A program made the position numbers and the translations under genes. 64,000 nt of DNA, from assembly GCF_009914755.1 (NCBI RefSeq), contig NC_060930.1. One strand, 5' to 3'. The notes below the pieces were generated by a model. That model was not told the origin of the DNA and searched no databases. It worked only from the letters and a program-made list of their open reading frames with translations. This DNA comes from the human T2T-CHM13v2.0 reference genome, Homo sapiens. The number at the start of each line of letters is the position of its first letter. Within the stretch, counting starts at the first letter, position 1. Shown in pieces: positions 16,652 through 28,765 of this stretch.

Positions 16652-18728
16652 TGTATTAGTCCATTTACATGCTGCTGATAAAGACATACCCAAGCATGGC
16701 AATTTACAAAAAAAGAGGTTTAATGGACTTACAGTTTCACATGGCTGGGGAGGCTTCACAATCATCACAGAAGGCAAGGAGGAGGAAGTCACATCTAATG
16801 TGGATGGCAGCAGGCCAAGAGAGAGCTTGTGCAGGGAAACTCCCATTTTTAAAATAATCAGATCTACTGAGACTCATTCACTATCATGAGAACAGTGCAG
16901 GAAAGATCTGTCCCCATAATTCAATCACCTCTCACTGGGTTTCTCCCACAACATATGGGCATTGTGGGAATCACAATTCAAGATGAGATTTGGATGGGAA
17001 CACAACCAAATCAAAGTCTTAACTCATTTCAGCATTAACTCAAAAGTTCATAGTCCAATGTCTCATCTGAGACAAGGCAAGTCCCTTCTGCCTATGAGCC
17101 TGTAAAATCAAAAGCAAGCTAGTTACTTCCTAGATTCAATGGGGGTACAGGCATTGGGTAAATACAGCCATTCCAAATGGGAGAAATTAAAAACAAGGGG
17201 CCTACAGGCCCCATGCAAGTGTAAAATCCAGTGGGGAAGTCAAATCTTAAAGCTTCAAAATGATCTCCTTTAACTCCATGTCTAACATTTGGGTGATGCT
17301 GATGTAAGAGGTGGGTTCCTATGCTCTTGGTCATCTTTGCCCCTGTGGCATTGCAGAGTACAGCCTCCCTCCTGGCTGCTTTCATGGGCTGGCGTTGAGT
17401 GTCTGTGGCTTCTCCAGGTGCACAGTGCATGCTGTCAGTGAATCTTCCATGCTGGAGTGTGGAGGACAGTGGCCCTCTTCTCACAGCTCCACTAGGTGGT
17501 GCCCCAGTAGGCACTCTGTGTGGGGGCTCTCACCCCATATTTCCCTTCCACACTGCCCTAGCAAAGGTTCTCTATGAGAGCACTGTGCCTACAGTAAACT
17601 TATGCCTGGACATCCAGGTGTTTCTATACATCTTCTGAAATCCTGGTGGTGATTTCCAAAACTCAACTGTTGACTTCTGTGCACTCACAGGCTCAACACC
17701 ACATGGAAGCTGCCAACGTTTGAGGCTTGCACCCTCTGAAGCCATGGCCCAAGCTCTATCTTGCCTCTTTCAGTCATCGCTGGTGTGGCTGGGAAGCAAG
17801 GAACTAAGTCCCTATGCTGCATACAGCACGGGGACGCTGGGCCCAGTGCACAAAACCACTTTTTCCTCCTAGGCCTCTGGATCTGTGTTTGGAGGGGCTG
17901 CCATGAAGACCTCTGATGTCTGATGTGCCCTGGAGATATTTCTCCCATTGTCTTGGGGATTAACATTTGGCTTATCATTACGTATGCAAATGTGTGCAGC
18001 TGCCAGATATCCTAAATCATCTTTCTCAAATTCAAAGTTCCACAAACTTCTAGGACAGATGCAAAATGCTGCCAGTCTCTTTGCTAAGTATAACAATAGT
18101 CACCTTGCTCCAGTTCTCAACAAGTTCCTCATCTTCATCTGAGACTACCTCCTCCTGGATCTCATTGCCCATATCATTATCAGCATTTGGGTCAAAGCCA
18201 TTCAAGAAGTCTCTAGTTAGTTCCAAACTTTTCCATGACTTTCTGTCTTCTTCTGGGCCCTCCAAATTGTTTCAACTTCTGCCTGTTACCCAGTTGTGAA
18301 GTCACTTCCACATTTTCAGTTATTTTTTCTGCAGTGCCCCACTCTATTGGTACCAATTTATTCAATTAGTCCATTTCATGCTGCTGATAAAGACGTACCC
18401 AAGACTGGGTAATTTAAAAAAGAAAGGGGTTTAAGAGACTTACAATTCTACATGACTGGGGAGGCCTCACAATTATGGTGGAAGGCAAGGAGGAGAAAGT
18501 CACATTTTACATGGATGGCAGCAGGGAAAGAGAGAGCTTGCGGAGGGAAACTCCCATTTTTAAAACCATCGTATCTCCTGAGACTCATTCACTAACAGGG
18601 GAACAGTGCAGGAAAGACCCACCCCCATAATTCAGTCACTTCCCAATGGGCTTCTCCCATGAAACATGAGAATTATGGGAGTTAAATTCAAGATAAGCTT
18701 TGGGCAGTAACACACCCAAAACATATCA
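16652..18728 (-). mobile_element. THE1C-like MaLR, LTR-int-LTR (LTRs ~16652-17012 and ~18362-18728)
   Basis: Two homologous THE1 LTRs flanking THE1-int. 5-bp TSD atgcc/atacc at 16647-16651 and 18729-18733 inside L1 ORF2. Confidence 0.92.
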
Positions 18729-19906
18729 ATACCAGTATTAACCTGATATCAAAACCAGACAGAGACACATAAAAACAAAACAACAAAAACTACAAGTCGA
18801 TATCTCAGATGTACCTTGACACAAAAATTCTGAACAAAGTTCCAGCAAACAGAATTCATCAACACATTAGAAAAATCATTCATTATAACCATGTGGGATT
18901 TATCCATGGAATGCAAGGATAATTCAACAAATGCAAATTAATCAATGAGACAAATTATATCAAGAACAAACACCATATAATCATTTCAATTGATGCTGAA
19001 AAAGCATTTGTAAAAGTCAACATCCCTTCATGTATAAAATGCTAAAAAAATTGTGGGTAGAAGGAACATACCTCTACACAATAAAGCCATATGTAACCAA
19101 CCCACAGCTAGTATCATACAAAACAATAAAAAACTGAAAACTTTCCCTCTCAGATAGGCAAACACAACAAGGATGCCCACTTTCGTTGCTGTTGCTCAAC
19201 ATAATACTGGAAGTATTGCTAGAGCAATCACACTAGAGAAAGAAATATAGGTCATCTAAATTGGAAAGGAAGTTGTTAAATTATCCTTGTTTGCAGGTTA
19301 TATAATTTTATTTTTGAAAAAATCTAAAGTCTCTATGAAAAAATATTATAAATGATAAATTTAGTAAAGTTGTAGGATACAAAATCAGCACCAAAGATCA
19401 GTAGCATTTCTATATGCCAACAGACTAGAATCTGAAAAGAAAATCAAGACAATAATCTCACATATGATACTCCAAACAAAATAAAATATCTAGGATTTAA
19501 TTAACCAATGAAGAGAAAGATCTCTCTGATAAAAGTTTTAAAACATTAATGAAGGAAATTGAGGAGGACATAAAAAATAGGAAGATATTTTATGTTCATG
19601 GACTGGAGGAATATGTATTGTTAAAATGTCCATACTATGAAAAGTAGTCTGCACATTCAATGCAATCCTTATCAAAATAACCATTATATTATTCATAGAA
19701 ATAGAAAAAAACCCTAAAATTTATGTGGAACCACAAAAGACCCAGAGATAGTCAAAGCTCTTCTGAGCAAAAAGGAAGAAAAAAAATGAAAGAATCACAT
19801 TACCTGACTTCAAATTATACTATAGAGCTATAGTAACCAAAACAGCATGGTACTGGCCTAAAAACAGACACATAGACCAATGGAACAGAATAGAGAACCC
19901 AGTGAC

Positions 19907-20178
19907 ATATATATATATATATATGTGTGTGTATATATATATATATGTTATATTTTTATATAAATATATATATAAATTATATTTTTATATATAAATTATA
20001 TTTTTATATAAATATATATAAATTATATTTTTATATAAATATATATAAATTATATTTTATATAAATATATATAAATTATATTTTTATATAAATATATATA
20101 TAAATTATATTTTATATAAATATATATATAAATTATATTTTTATATAAATATATAAATTATATATATTTACATATATA
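19907..20178. repeat. (TA)n-derived AT-only minisatellite inside L1
   Basis: About 8 units of TTATATTTTTATATAAATATATATAAA. No G or C from 19948 to 20170. Confidence 0.95.
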
Positions 20179-21609
20179 CAGTAAACTCATCTTTGACAAT
20201 GGTGCTAAGAACATGCATTAGGGAAGGAACACTTTCTTCAATAAATGGTGCTGGGAAATCTGGATATTCATATGCAAAAGAATGAAGCTAGGCCCCTTTC
20301 TTTCACCATATGAAAAAAAAAATCAAAATGAATTACAAAGATTTTAGTCTCAGACCTCAAGCTAACTAAAGGAAAACATTGGGGAAACTCTTCAGGACAT
20401 TGAACTGGGCAACAGTTTCTTGAGTAATACCCCATGAGAACAGGTAACTGAAGCCAAAATGGACAAATGGGATCACATCAAGTTAAAAAGCCTCTGCATG
20501 ACAAAGGAAACAATCCACACAGTGAAGTGATAACCCACAGATTGGAAGAAAATTGCAAACTATTCATCCAATATGAGATTAATAACCAGAATATATAAGG
20601 AGCTCAAAAAACTCAATGGGAAAAAAAATAATAATCTGATTTAAAAATAGGCAAAATATCTGAATAGGTATTTCTCAAAAGAAGACACACAAATGGCTAA
20701 AAGGTGTATGAAAAGGTGTTTAACATTATTCATCATCAGAGAAATGCAAATCAAAACCATAATGAGATATCATCCTACCCTAGTTGAAATGACTTTTATC
20801 CAAAATAGTGGTGATCCCAAATGCTATCAAGGTCACTGAGAAAAGGGAACACTCATACACGTTGATGATATAAATTATTACAGCCACTAGGGAGAACAGT
20901 TTGGAGGTTCATCAAAAAGCTAAATATAGAGCTACCATATGATTCAGCAATCAAACTGTTAGGTGTATACCCAAAGGAAAGGAAATCAGCATATAGAAGA
21001 GATATTTGCAGTCCCATGTTTATTGCAGTGCTGCTGTTCACAATAGCCAAGATCTGGAAGCAATAGACAGACAAACAAATAAAGAAAATGTGTTACATAT
21101 GCACAAGGGAGTACAATTCAGCCATATAAATGAATGAGATCTTGTCATTTGCAACAATATGAATGGAATTGGAGATGATTATGTTAAGTGAATTTAGCCT
21201 GGCACAGAAACAAAAACTTTGCATGTTCTCACTTATTTGTGGGAGCTGCAAATTAAAACAATTGAACTCATGGAGATAAAGGGTAGAAGGGTGGTTACCA
21301 GAGGCTGGGAAGGGTTAGATGGGGTGGATGTGGGGATGGTTAATGGGTACAAAAATAAAATTAGAGAGAGTGAATAATCTCAAGCATTTGATAACACAGC
21401 AAGGTGACTACAGTGAACAATAATTTTTGTACATTTAAAAATAATTAAAATAGTATAATTGAATTCTTTGTAACATAACAAAAGAATAAATGCTTTAGGT
21501 GACAGATACCTCATTTACCCTGATATGGTTATTATGCATTTTGTTCCTGTATCAAAGTATTTAGGTACACATACACATACTATGCACCCACAAAAATTTA
21601 ACATAAAAA

Positions 21610-22840
21610 TATAATTTTCAATCCCATGTTTATGAAGACAAGCTTCCTAATTTTTTTCTAAATTTGAATTACTTTACATTCATATGTAGTTCTGGCATTA
21701 CTCTCAAATAGATATCTTCTCAATTTTTTAAATGAAGGGAATGGCTATAGTACTATTTATTAAAATGACTATCTAAATCCACTAAATTCTGGTGGAACTG
21801 TTCAGTTAATTAAGGTAACTATCTTTGTGCTGCTATAGCAAAATACATGAGATTAGGTAAATTTTAAAGAACAGTATTTTGTTTTCTAACAGTTATGAAA
21901 GCTGGGAAGCCCAAGATCAAAGTGCCAGCAGGTTCAGTGTCTGGTGAAGCCCTGTTTCTCATAGATGGCACCTTGTAACTTACCTCATGTGGTAGAAAGG
22001 ACAGAAAGTCAAAAGAATGCTAACACTTTGTTCTCACATGGCACAAAAGAGGAAGAGAGCAAACCCATTGCCTCAAGTCCTTTAACCAAGGGCTTTAATT
22101 TTATCCAGGAGGACTGCACTCTCATTACTTAATTACTCCCTACAGTACCCATTTCTTAAGACTTTCACATTGGCAATTAAGTGTCAAAGTATGAATTTTG
22201 AGAGACACATTCAGACCATAGCAGTAATCAGATATAAATGGGTCTATTTCAGCACCTTCTATCCTTTACTTTGGTAGTTTGCCTATCCATGCAACAACAC
22301 CACACAGTCTATGGTACCGTCATGGACATCTTAACATAACTCAACATGTCAATTTATTACTATAGTATAGCTCTCAGTTTATTTACGTCTCCTTAAATAT
22401 ACCTCACTGTAAGAGTATACAATGCAGATGTCTTCAAAACTTTAATTATATGAAGTCATGTGTTTCATGTGATTTTTCTGCTATTTTCATTTTGCTAATT
22501 TGTTTTATTTTCTAATTTTTGACACTAATATATAAAAATACAATTACTTTTTATGTTGTATTTACCTCGGGCAAACTTGATACATTCACTTAGCAATTAT
22601 GTTTTAAAATTTGAAAAATAATTTCTATGTACACAGTAATGCCACTTGCAAATAATAAAGGTTGTACTTTTTTCCAATCTTTAAATTTGATTGCAGTTTT
22701 TTTTTCATTTTTTATTCAATTGCTAAAATATCAAAACAATGTTGAATAGAAGTGGCAATATTGGAGATGTACTCTTCCTGATCTTTGGGAGACAATATTC
22801 AATATTTTATCATTAAATACAATGTTTTCTGTAGTTGGAT
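21610..22840 (-). mobile_element. Ancient L1M/L1ME ORF2 fragments
   Basis: Antisense L1 text such as 'caatgttgaatagaagtgg', 'gatctttgggag...attcaatattttatcattaa'. Confidence 0.6.
21815..22223 (-). mobile_element. MST/MLT1A-type MaLR solo LTR
   Basis: 'tgctgctatagcaaaatac...gctgggaagcccaagatcaaagtgccagcaggttcagtgtctggtga...cacattcagaccatagca'. Confidence 0.8.
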
Positions 22841-23053
22841 TTTTTTTTAGGTGTTTGCTTCGTTGTGTTTTGAGATGGAGTCTCACTCTATTACCCAGGC
22901 TGGAGTGCAGTGGCCTGATCTCAGCTCACTGAAACCTCCACCTCCTGAGTTCAAGCAATTCTCCTGCCTCAGCCTCCCAAATCACTGAAATTACAGGGTC
23001 CTGCCACCAACCCTGGATAATTTTTGTAGTTTTAGTAGAGAGTTTAGTTTCAC
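22840..23053 (-). mobile_element. Partial AluS (tail, right arm, linker), cut by the ERV 5' LTR
   Basis: Alu text ends at 'tagtagagagtttagtttcac', immediately before the LTR 'tgttaga'. Confidence 0.9.
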
Positions 23054-23591
23054 TGTTAGATATGAGTTCTAAATTTCTCTTCAAAGAATCAATATGTCAG
23101 TATGTTCAATTATTTGCCTTCTACTTGGCGATAAACTTAACTTCCTCGTAAAGCAATCTTTCAATTACCTTCTCTGCCCTGACTCATTCCAATTACCTAC
23201 TCTACCCCAACTCATTCCAATTATCTGCTCCACCCTGACTCATTCCAATTACCTGCTCATTCTCCACCCTGACTCATTCAGATTTCCTGCTCTGCCATAA
23301 ACATTTTTCCCACCAAACCACTCACCCCATCACTCTCTTTAAATTAGCCAATCAGAATTAGTTTAGCCTGTGCAGTCTAACCCTAGCCAATAGGGGAATG
23401 ACACAGCAGCAGGAGCCACATGTGTCAGGGATAAGAACCTCTTCCCCTCCCTTGTCCAAGTGTGTGCTCACCATTGCTCCATATGCAAGGGCACATGCTT
23501 CTATAGAAGTACATTGCCTTGCGAGAATTACAAAGAAAATTTTATATTGGAGTGATATTTCTTTTGTGGCACCAAAACTTTATTTATAACA
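23054..23591 (+). mobile_element. 5' LTR (LTR10A/F-like)
   Basis: TG...CA ends, start 'tgttagatatgagttctaaatttctcttcaaagaatc', tandem TGACTCA units and two CCAAT boxes. Confidence 0.9.
23160..23295 (+). promoter_or_regulatory. AP-1 (TGACTCA) tandem array in 5' LTR
   Basis: Four ~28-bp units. TGACTCA is intact at 23180, 23236 and 23270. One unit is mutated. Confidence 0.8.
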
Positions 23592-23594
23592 ATT

Positions 23595-23612
23595 TGGGGG
23601 CTCATCCAGGAT
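23595..23612 (+). other. Primer binding site, tRNA-Pro
   Basis: tgggggctcatccaggat versus the canonical Pro PBS TGGGGGCTCGTCCGGGAT (two CpG-decay changes), 3 nt after the LTR end. Confidence 0.9.
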
Positions 23613-24454
23613 TACATTCCCCTCCGAGGGTGATCTCTGGTCCTCTCTTGCAAGCAGGCTTGCTCCGCCCCCTTGTGACAGCCTCAGGGGTGAGAAATCA
23701 GGACCCACCCAGTGCAAGATATAACTTGAGCTCTCAGCAATGCAGAAAGAAACTCCCTAGCAACCTAGCTGCAGGAATGACTCTGTGCACAGATCAAGAA
23801 AGGAGAAGCCACGGGAGCTGGTAAAGTACTTCCTTGGTGGTCAAATTCTGGAGGGCTAAATGTGTGTGTGCGTGACTGATTACAAACAACCCTACTTGCA
23901 GTGTTGTTCGTGTGGATGATGACAAGTCCTACTGCTGGATGGAGGGAGTGGGTTCTCTCTGCGGTTCCATAGCTACCTCATATGGCTTAGGGCGTATCCT
24001 GCCATGGGATTTATACTGGCACGCTAACACTAAGAAGGGCCTAATTCTCCCCTGGGGGAGCAGCCAGAGAGTGGGAAGTGTGCAAGGGACCTTCAGAAGG
24101 GGAAAGGGAGGAAACAGGTCAACCTTACAGAGCAGCCCAAGGTGAGATATCCCTGGTTTGAGGGGTTGACCCTGCCAGGGCAGGCAAGGCAAGACATCCC
24201 TGGTTTGAGGGAGTAAGCCTTCCGGGGCAAGCAAGGCGAGACATCCCTGGTTTGAGGGATTGAGGCTTCTGCAAATTTCAGTGCGTCAAACCTCACACAA
24301 ACCTCCAGTAGTAAGAAAAATACTCAGTACTCCCCTTTCCTTTTGTCTTGGGGGAAGACAGAGTAGCTCCACTCCAACCACCCCCTCCCCTAGGAGAAGG
24401 GGAAGGAGAGGGGAGAACACCAGCATAAGTGGCTGGCAGAGGCAGGGAAAGATC

Positions 24455-24680
24455 AGCAAAGAGGAAAGAGAAACTGAGAGAGGAAGTCAGAAAGAAAGAG
24501 AGAGAAAAAGTCAGAGAGTCGAAAAGAGAGAGAAAGAGGCAGAGAGAGAGAGAGAGAGAAAGAGACAGAAAGATAAAGAGGGAGTCAAAGATAGAAAAAG
24601 AAAGAGACAGAGAGTCAAAGAGAGAGAGAGGAAGAGAGGGAGAAAGAGAGACTTAGAAGTAGTAAAGAGAAAAGAGTGTA
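24455..24680. repeat. GA-rich low-complexity tract within the provirus
   Basis: Near-pure purine (GA/GAA) run. It explains the R/E/K-rich ORFs 24260..24694 and 24429..24656. Confidence 0.9.
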
Positions 24681-24759
24681 TCCTATTTCTTTAAAAGCCA
24701 GGGTAAATTTAAAACCTATAATGAATAATTGAAGGTCTTCTCCATCACCTTATAACACT

Positions 24760-25400
24760 CCAATACCACCTTGTTGTCAGTGTAAACAAGGGCATAGCCC
24801 AAAAGAACTGAGACCACCGACAACCCGTAGCCTTCCTAATCAAAAATCCTTAAAGCGGTAATCCACGGTTGGCCCAAATGCATTCAATCTGTAGCAGCAA
24901 CTGCTTTGCTAACAGAAGAAAGTAGAAAAATAACTTTTAGAGGAAACCTCATTGTGAGCACACCTCATCAGGTCAGAACTATCCTAAGTGAAAAAAAAAA
25001 AAAAAGCAAAAATGTAGCTTATTGACTCAAGAACCTTAAAGTACTTAAAGTGTAAGATGATTCTGTTAGAAAAAGATGATTTAACATTAACCACTGAAAA
25101 TTCCCTTAACCCAGCAGGTTTCCTAACAGAGGATTTAAATCTTAATTACCATACAAAGGTCCGACCAGACCTAGGAGGAACTCACTTCAGGACAGGACAA
25201 TAGATGGTTCCTCCCAGTTGATTGAGAGAAAAAGACACAAGGGTATTCAGTAAGTGATAAGGAAACTCTTGTAGAAGCATTGTTAGGAAAATTGCCTAAT
25301 AATTGGTCTGCTCAAATGTGCAAGCTGTTTGCACTCAGCCAAGCCTTAAAGTACTTACAGAATCAGGAAAAAGCCATCTATACTAATTCTAAGTTAATAT
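24760..25400 (+). pseudogene. ERV pol remnant (tether/connection and RNase H)
   Basis: Manual translation: SKILKAVIHGWPKCIQSVAATALLTEESRKITFRGNLIVSTPHQVRTILS (24840-24989), IDGSS (~25200), LPNNWSAQMCKLFALSQALKYLQNQEKAIYTNSK. Confidence 0.85.
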
Positions 25401-26534
25401 GGACTGAACTAGGTCTTATTAATAGCAAAGAATAATTGAAATCCCCAACTTAAAATTTTTCAACAAAAGTAAAGTTTGCTAAAAGTTAGCAGTGTAACAT
25501 GTATTATCCTAACTTCTAATCTTGTGGCCTTAGACAGCCTAGTCCACAGACATGAAGGAAGTTCGCTTTGGAAAAGAATGATTATCATTTAAAAAAAAAA
25601 TAAAAAAGAAGCAGGGGGAGAATTTATGTAAAAATGAATGTTACATGGGAAGTTCTTGCTCTAAAATAAATTAACTGGTTGTTTAAAGAGAGAGATGTTT
25701 GCAACAAGTCAGAAAGTTGAGGCATGTCAAAGAATTGTCTGTAAAAGTCATGAAAAAAGTTATAAAAGGGAATTTATGCAAGAAATGTTGTATAATTTAA
25801 AAGTAATTAGGCCGCCTGAATGTAAAACTATTCAAGAAACAGTTTATGTGCAAGGTGTATAAGGAAAGTAAAATATACCTTTTGTAAAAGGATTATAAGG
25901 AGGCATAAGAATGTGGATTTTTACCTACATTAAAAGGTTAAAAAATATTTTGTTTTAAAGGTTTCAGCAATTTTGAAATGTTAATTGTAAAGGAAATTCT
26001 GTGTGTAAACATATTAGCTGAAGTTAAAGTGGTATAATCCAGTCTTTCTGTGAACTGGATATTAAAATAAAAGCACAACAGTTTTTTCTCAAAGCACTAA
26101 CCTGCTCTTTAACAGAAACTATAAAAGGTTAAAAAGAGTCTATAAAAATCTTACCTTATGGTCAGACATTAAAAATTGAATAAATATGTCTACAAGGTTT
26201 TATTAAAATTAAGTTTAACATTAATAACACACTAATATAAAGGTGAAATTTAGCTTATCTGGTATAAAAATCATACAGGAAACATTGTCAAATATAAAAT
26301 GGTATTTGGCTTTTCATGGTCTAAAAACTAATAAAAATAGGTGCTAAAGGAAATTTCTTAGTAAGAAGGCACCAAGGACTGTAAAGTCCACTGCTGATGT
26401 TCCCACATTTAAAACAAAGGTCAGTTTCTTAGAAATTATATACTTGGTTTATCTTCCACTTTCCTTTCCCTCAAAACTAAGTCTTTTAGCACAGGTACCA
26501 CCTACAGAAATTCTGGTAAACCAGCACCAGCCTG

Positions 26535-26740
26535 AGGTTCACATTCTCATCAAAGGGTGGAAAGAAGGAAAACTCAAGTCAGCCTGGGAAGGACCCTACC
26601 TTGTGCTGCTAACCACTGAGACTGCTGTTCGTATAGTGAAAAGGGGATGGATTCATCACACCCGGGTCAAGAACGTGCCACTCCCTGCAGAATTGCGGGC
26701 CATAGTCCCAGGGGAAAACCCTACCAAACTAAAGCTAGAA
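26535..26740 (+). pseudogene. ERV integrase C-terminal (GPY/F) remnant
   Basis: ORF 26444..26800 contains KLKSAWEGPYLVLLTTETAVRIVKRGWIHHTRVK. Confidence 0.9.
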
Positions 26741-28750
26741 AAATTTAACTCTCTTTCATCTATTCTATTACTCTTTCTTCTTTCCTCACTCTATTGCTGA
26801 CCATCTAGTTATTTACATAACCAAATCAATTTTGCCTCAAACTATTGCATTTAATGCTTGCCTTGTTATACCCTGTGGGGATTTGCCAAGTCAAAGATGG
26901 CTCTCTACTTCAGAAAAGTACCTCTGTCCTTCCTGACTTTCCTCAGACTGGGCATTAGTGAATTGGGACCATTTAACCCAGGGAGATTTCAATAAAGACC
27001 ACAGTGTTAACCAGGAGTCTTGCTCCCCCATGTAGAGCTTTTATGCCATAGTTGGTCCAACATTCTGTGGACCACTAACGAGCAAGGATGGACTTCCCCA
27101 ACTGGTTTTTGTAATTTCCTAAAACCATACATTCATTTTACTAGAGGGACAGCCCCCCCGCTCCACCAACTGTCAGCTAAACCAGTGTAATCCTATACAG
27201 GTTATTATCTCAAGCCCTCAAAGTTCTTCCCATTTTCTAAGTCAGTTCCCTTCTTTAAGCCAGTTTTATGGTATGGGGGCTGAGGTTTCAAGGACAGGCC
27301 CTGTTGGATTCTTTGAAATGCATTTCTTTGATCCCTCACCGCCTGCCCCTTCTTCTAAGCCTTCTTCCAAAACCTCTCACAATGGAACAATTGCTCCTCC
27401 TCCATCTAATGACAAGACCAAGATAGCTATCATAGAAGTTAAAGACTTAAAACAAACTTTGGTAATTAAGACAGGATACCAGTATGCAAATGCCTGGTTG
27501 GAATGGATCAAATATTCCATCCACATGTTAAACCAAAGCAATTGTTATGCTTGTGCACATAGCAGGCCAGAGGCCCAGATTGTCCTCTTTCCACTAGGGT
27601 GGTTCTCCAGTCGACTGGGCCTGGGCTGCATGGTAGCTGTTTTCCAGGATTCTACAGCCTGGAGTAATAAGTTGTGCCACACTCTCTGTCTGCTATATCC
27701 TGAAGTCCAGCACCCTGTGGGTCAGCCCCCGAGGGTCATCCAGCTTCTGTTTCCCAATACTAAGTTCACATTGTGTCTCCCATGACAGGGAGGAAATTTA
27801 GTGTTCCTTGGAGACCTGAAGGGATGCAGTGAGCTTAAGAATTTTCAAGAGCTTATCAATCAGTCAGCCCTTGTTCATCTGTGAGCAGATGTGTGGTAGT
27901 ATTGTGGTGGACCATTACTGGACACTCTGCTGAATAACTGGAGTGGCGCTAGTGCTTTAGACTAATTGGCTATCCCTTTCACCCTAGCATTTCATCAACC
28001 AGAGGAATGAAAAATAAGACATCATAAAGTGAGAGAAGTACCTTACAGGTCTTTTGACTCTCACGTGTATTTAAACGCAATTGGAGTCCCATGGGGAATA
28101 CCAAATCACTTTACAGGCCAAAATCAAATAGCTGCAGGATTTGAGTCAATATTTTGGTGGTGACAATTAATAAAAATGTAGATTGGATAAACTACATCTA
28201 TTACAACCAACAGCGATTTATTAACTACACTGGAGATGCTGTTAAAGGAATAGCTGAGCAATTAGGGGCTACTACCCAGATGGCTTGGGAAAACAGAATA
28301 GCCTTAGACATGATATTAGCAGAAAGAGGAGGAGTTTGTGTCATGATTAAAACTGAATGTTGCACCTTCATCCCAAACAACACTGCCCCTAATGGATGTA
28401 TAACAAAGGCATTGCAAGGTCTGACTGCTCTGTTCAATGAGTTAGCCAGCAACTCAGGGATAAATGACCCCTTTACAAAATGGCTAGAAAAGTGGTTGGG
28501 TAAATGGAAAGAATATTAGCCTCAATTCTTACTTCCCTCACAGCTGTAATGGGTGTACTTTTTCTTGTCAGGTGCTGTGTCACACCATGCATCTGTGGGT
28601 TGGTGCAGAGGCTTATAAAAATGGCACTTACTAAAACCTCCCTTAACTATCTTCCACCTTATCCTGAGAAGCTTCTTCTTTTGGAAAATCAAGCAGAACA
28701 GCTAAGCAAAGACATGTTAAAAAGTTTGAAAAGAAAGAGCTGTAAGGAAA
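26740..28750 (+). pseudogene. Gamma-type env pseudogene (SU and TM)
   Basis: SU fragment NQSNCYAC, basic cleavage-like RHHKVR at ~28017, ISD WENRIALDMILAERGG, CX6CC (CVMIKTECC), and a hydrophobic anchor in the next frame. Multiple stops and frameshifts. Confidence 0.9.
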
Positions 28751-28753
28751 TGC

Positions 28754-28764
28754 AAGAGGAGGGG
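28754..28764 (+). other. Polypurine tract
   Basis: aagaggagggg immediately upstream of the 3' LTR. Confidence 0.85.
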
Positions 28765-28765
28765 T

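Larger units (their letters stand above)
11590..21606 (+). mobile_element. Old L1 (L1MA2-like) host element: ORF1 end, ORF2 and 3'UTR in segments 11590-12500, 15405-16651, 18729-21606
   Basis: ORF2 start 'aatgacaggagtaagtcc' at ~12224. Sequence resumes colinearly after each insertion. The 3'UTR 'gcatgttctcacttatttgtgggagc...tatgcacccacaaaaattta' is typical of L1MA2/3. Many stops and frameshifts. Confidence 0.85.

Noticed and set aside
24260-24694. R/E/K-rich 144-aa protein
   Set aside because: It is a translation of a GA-rich low-complexity tract.
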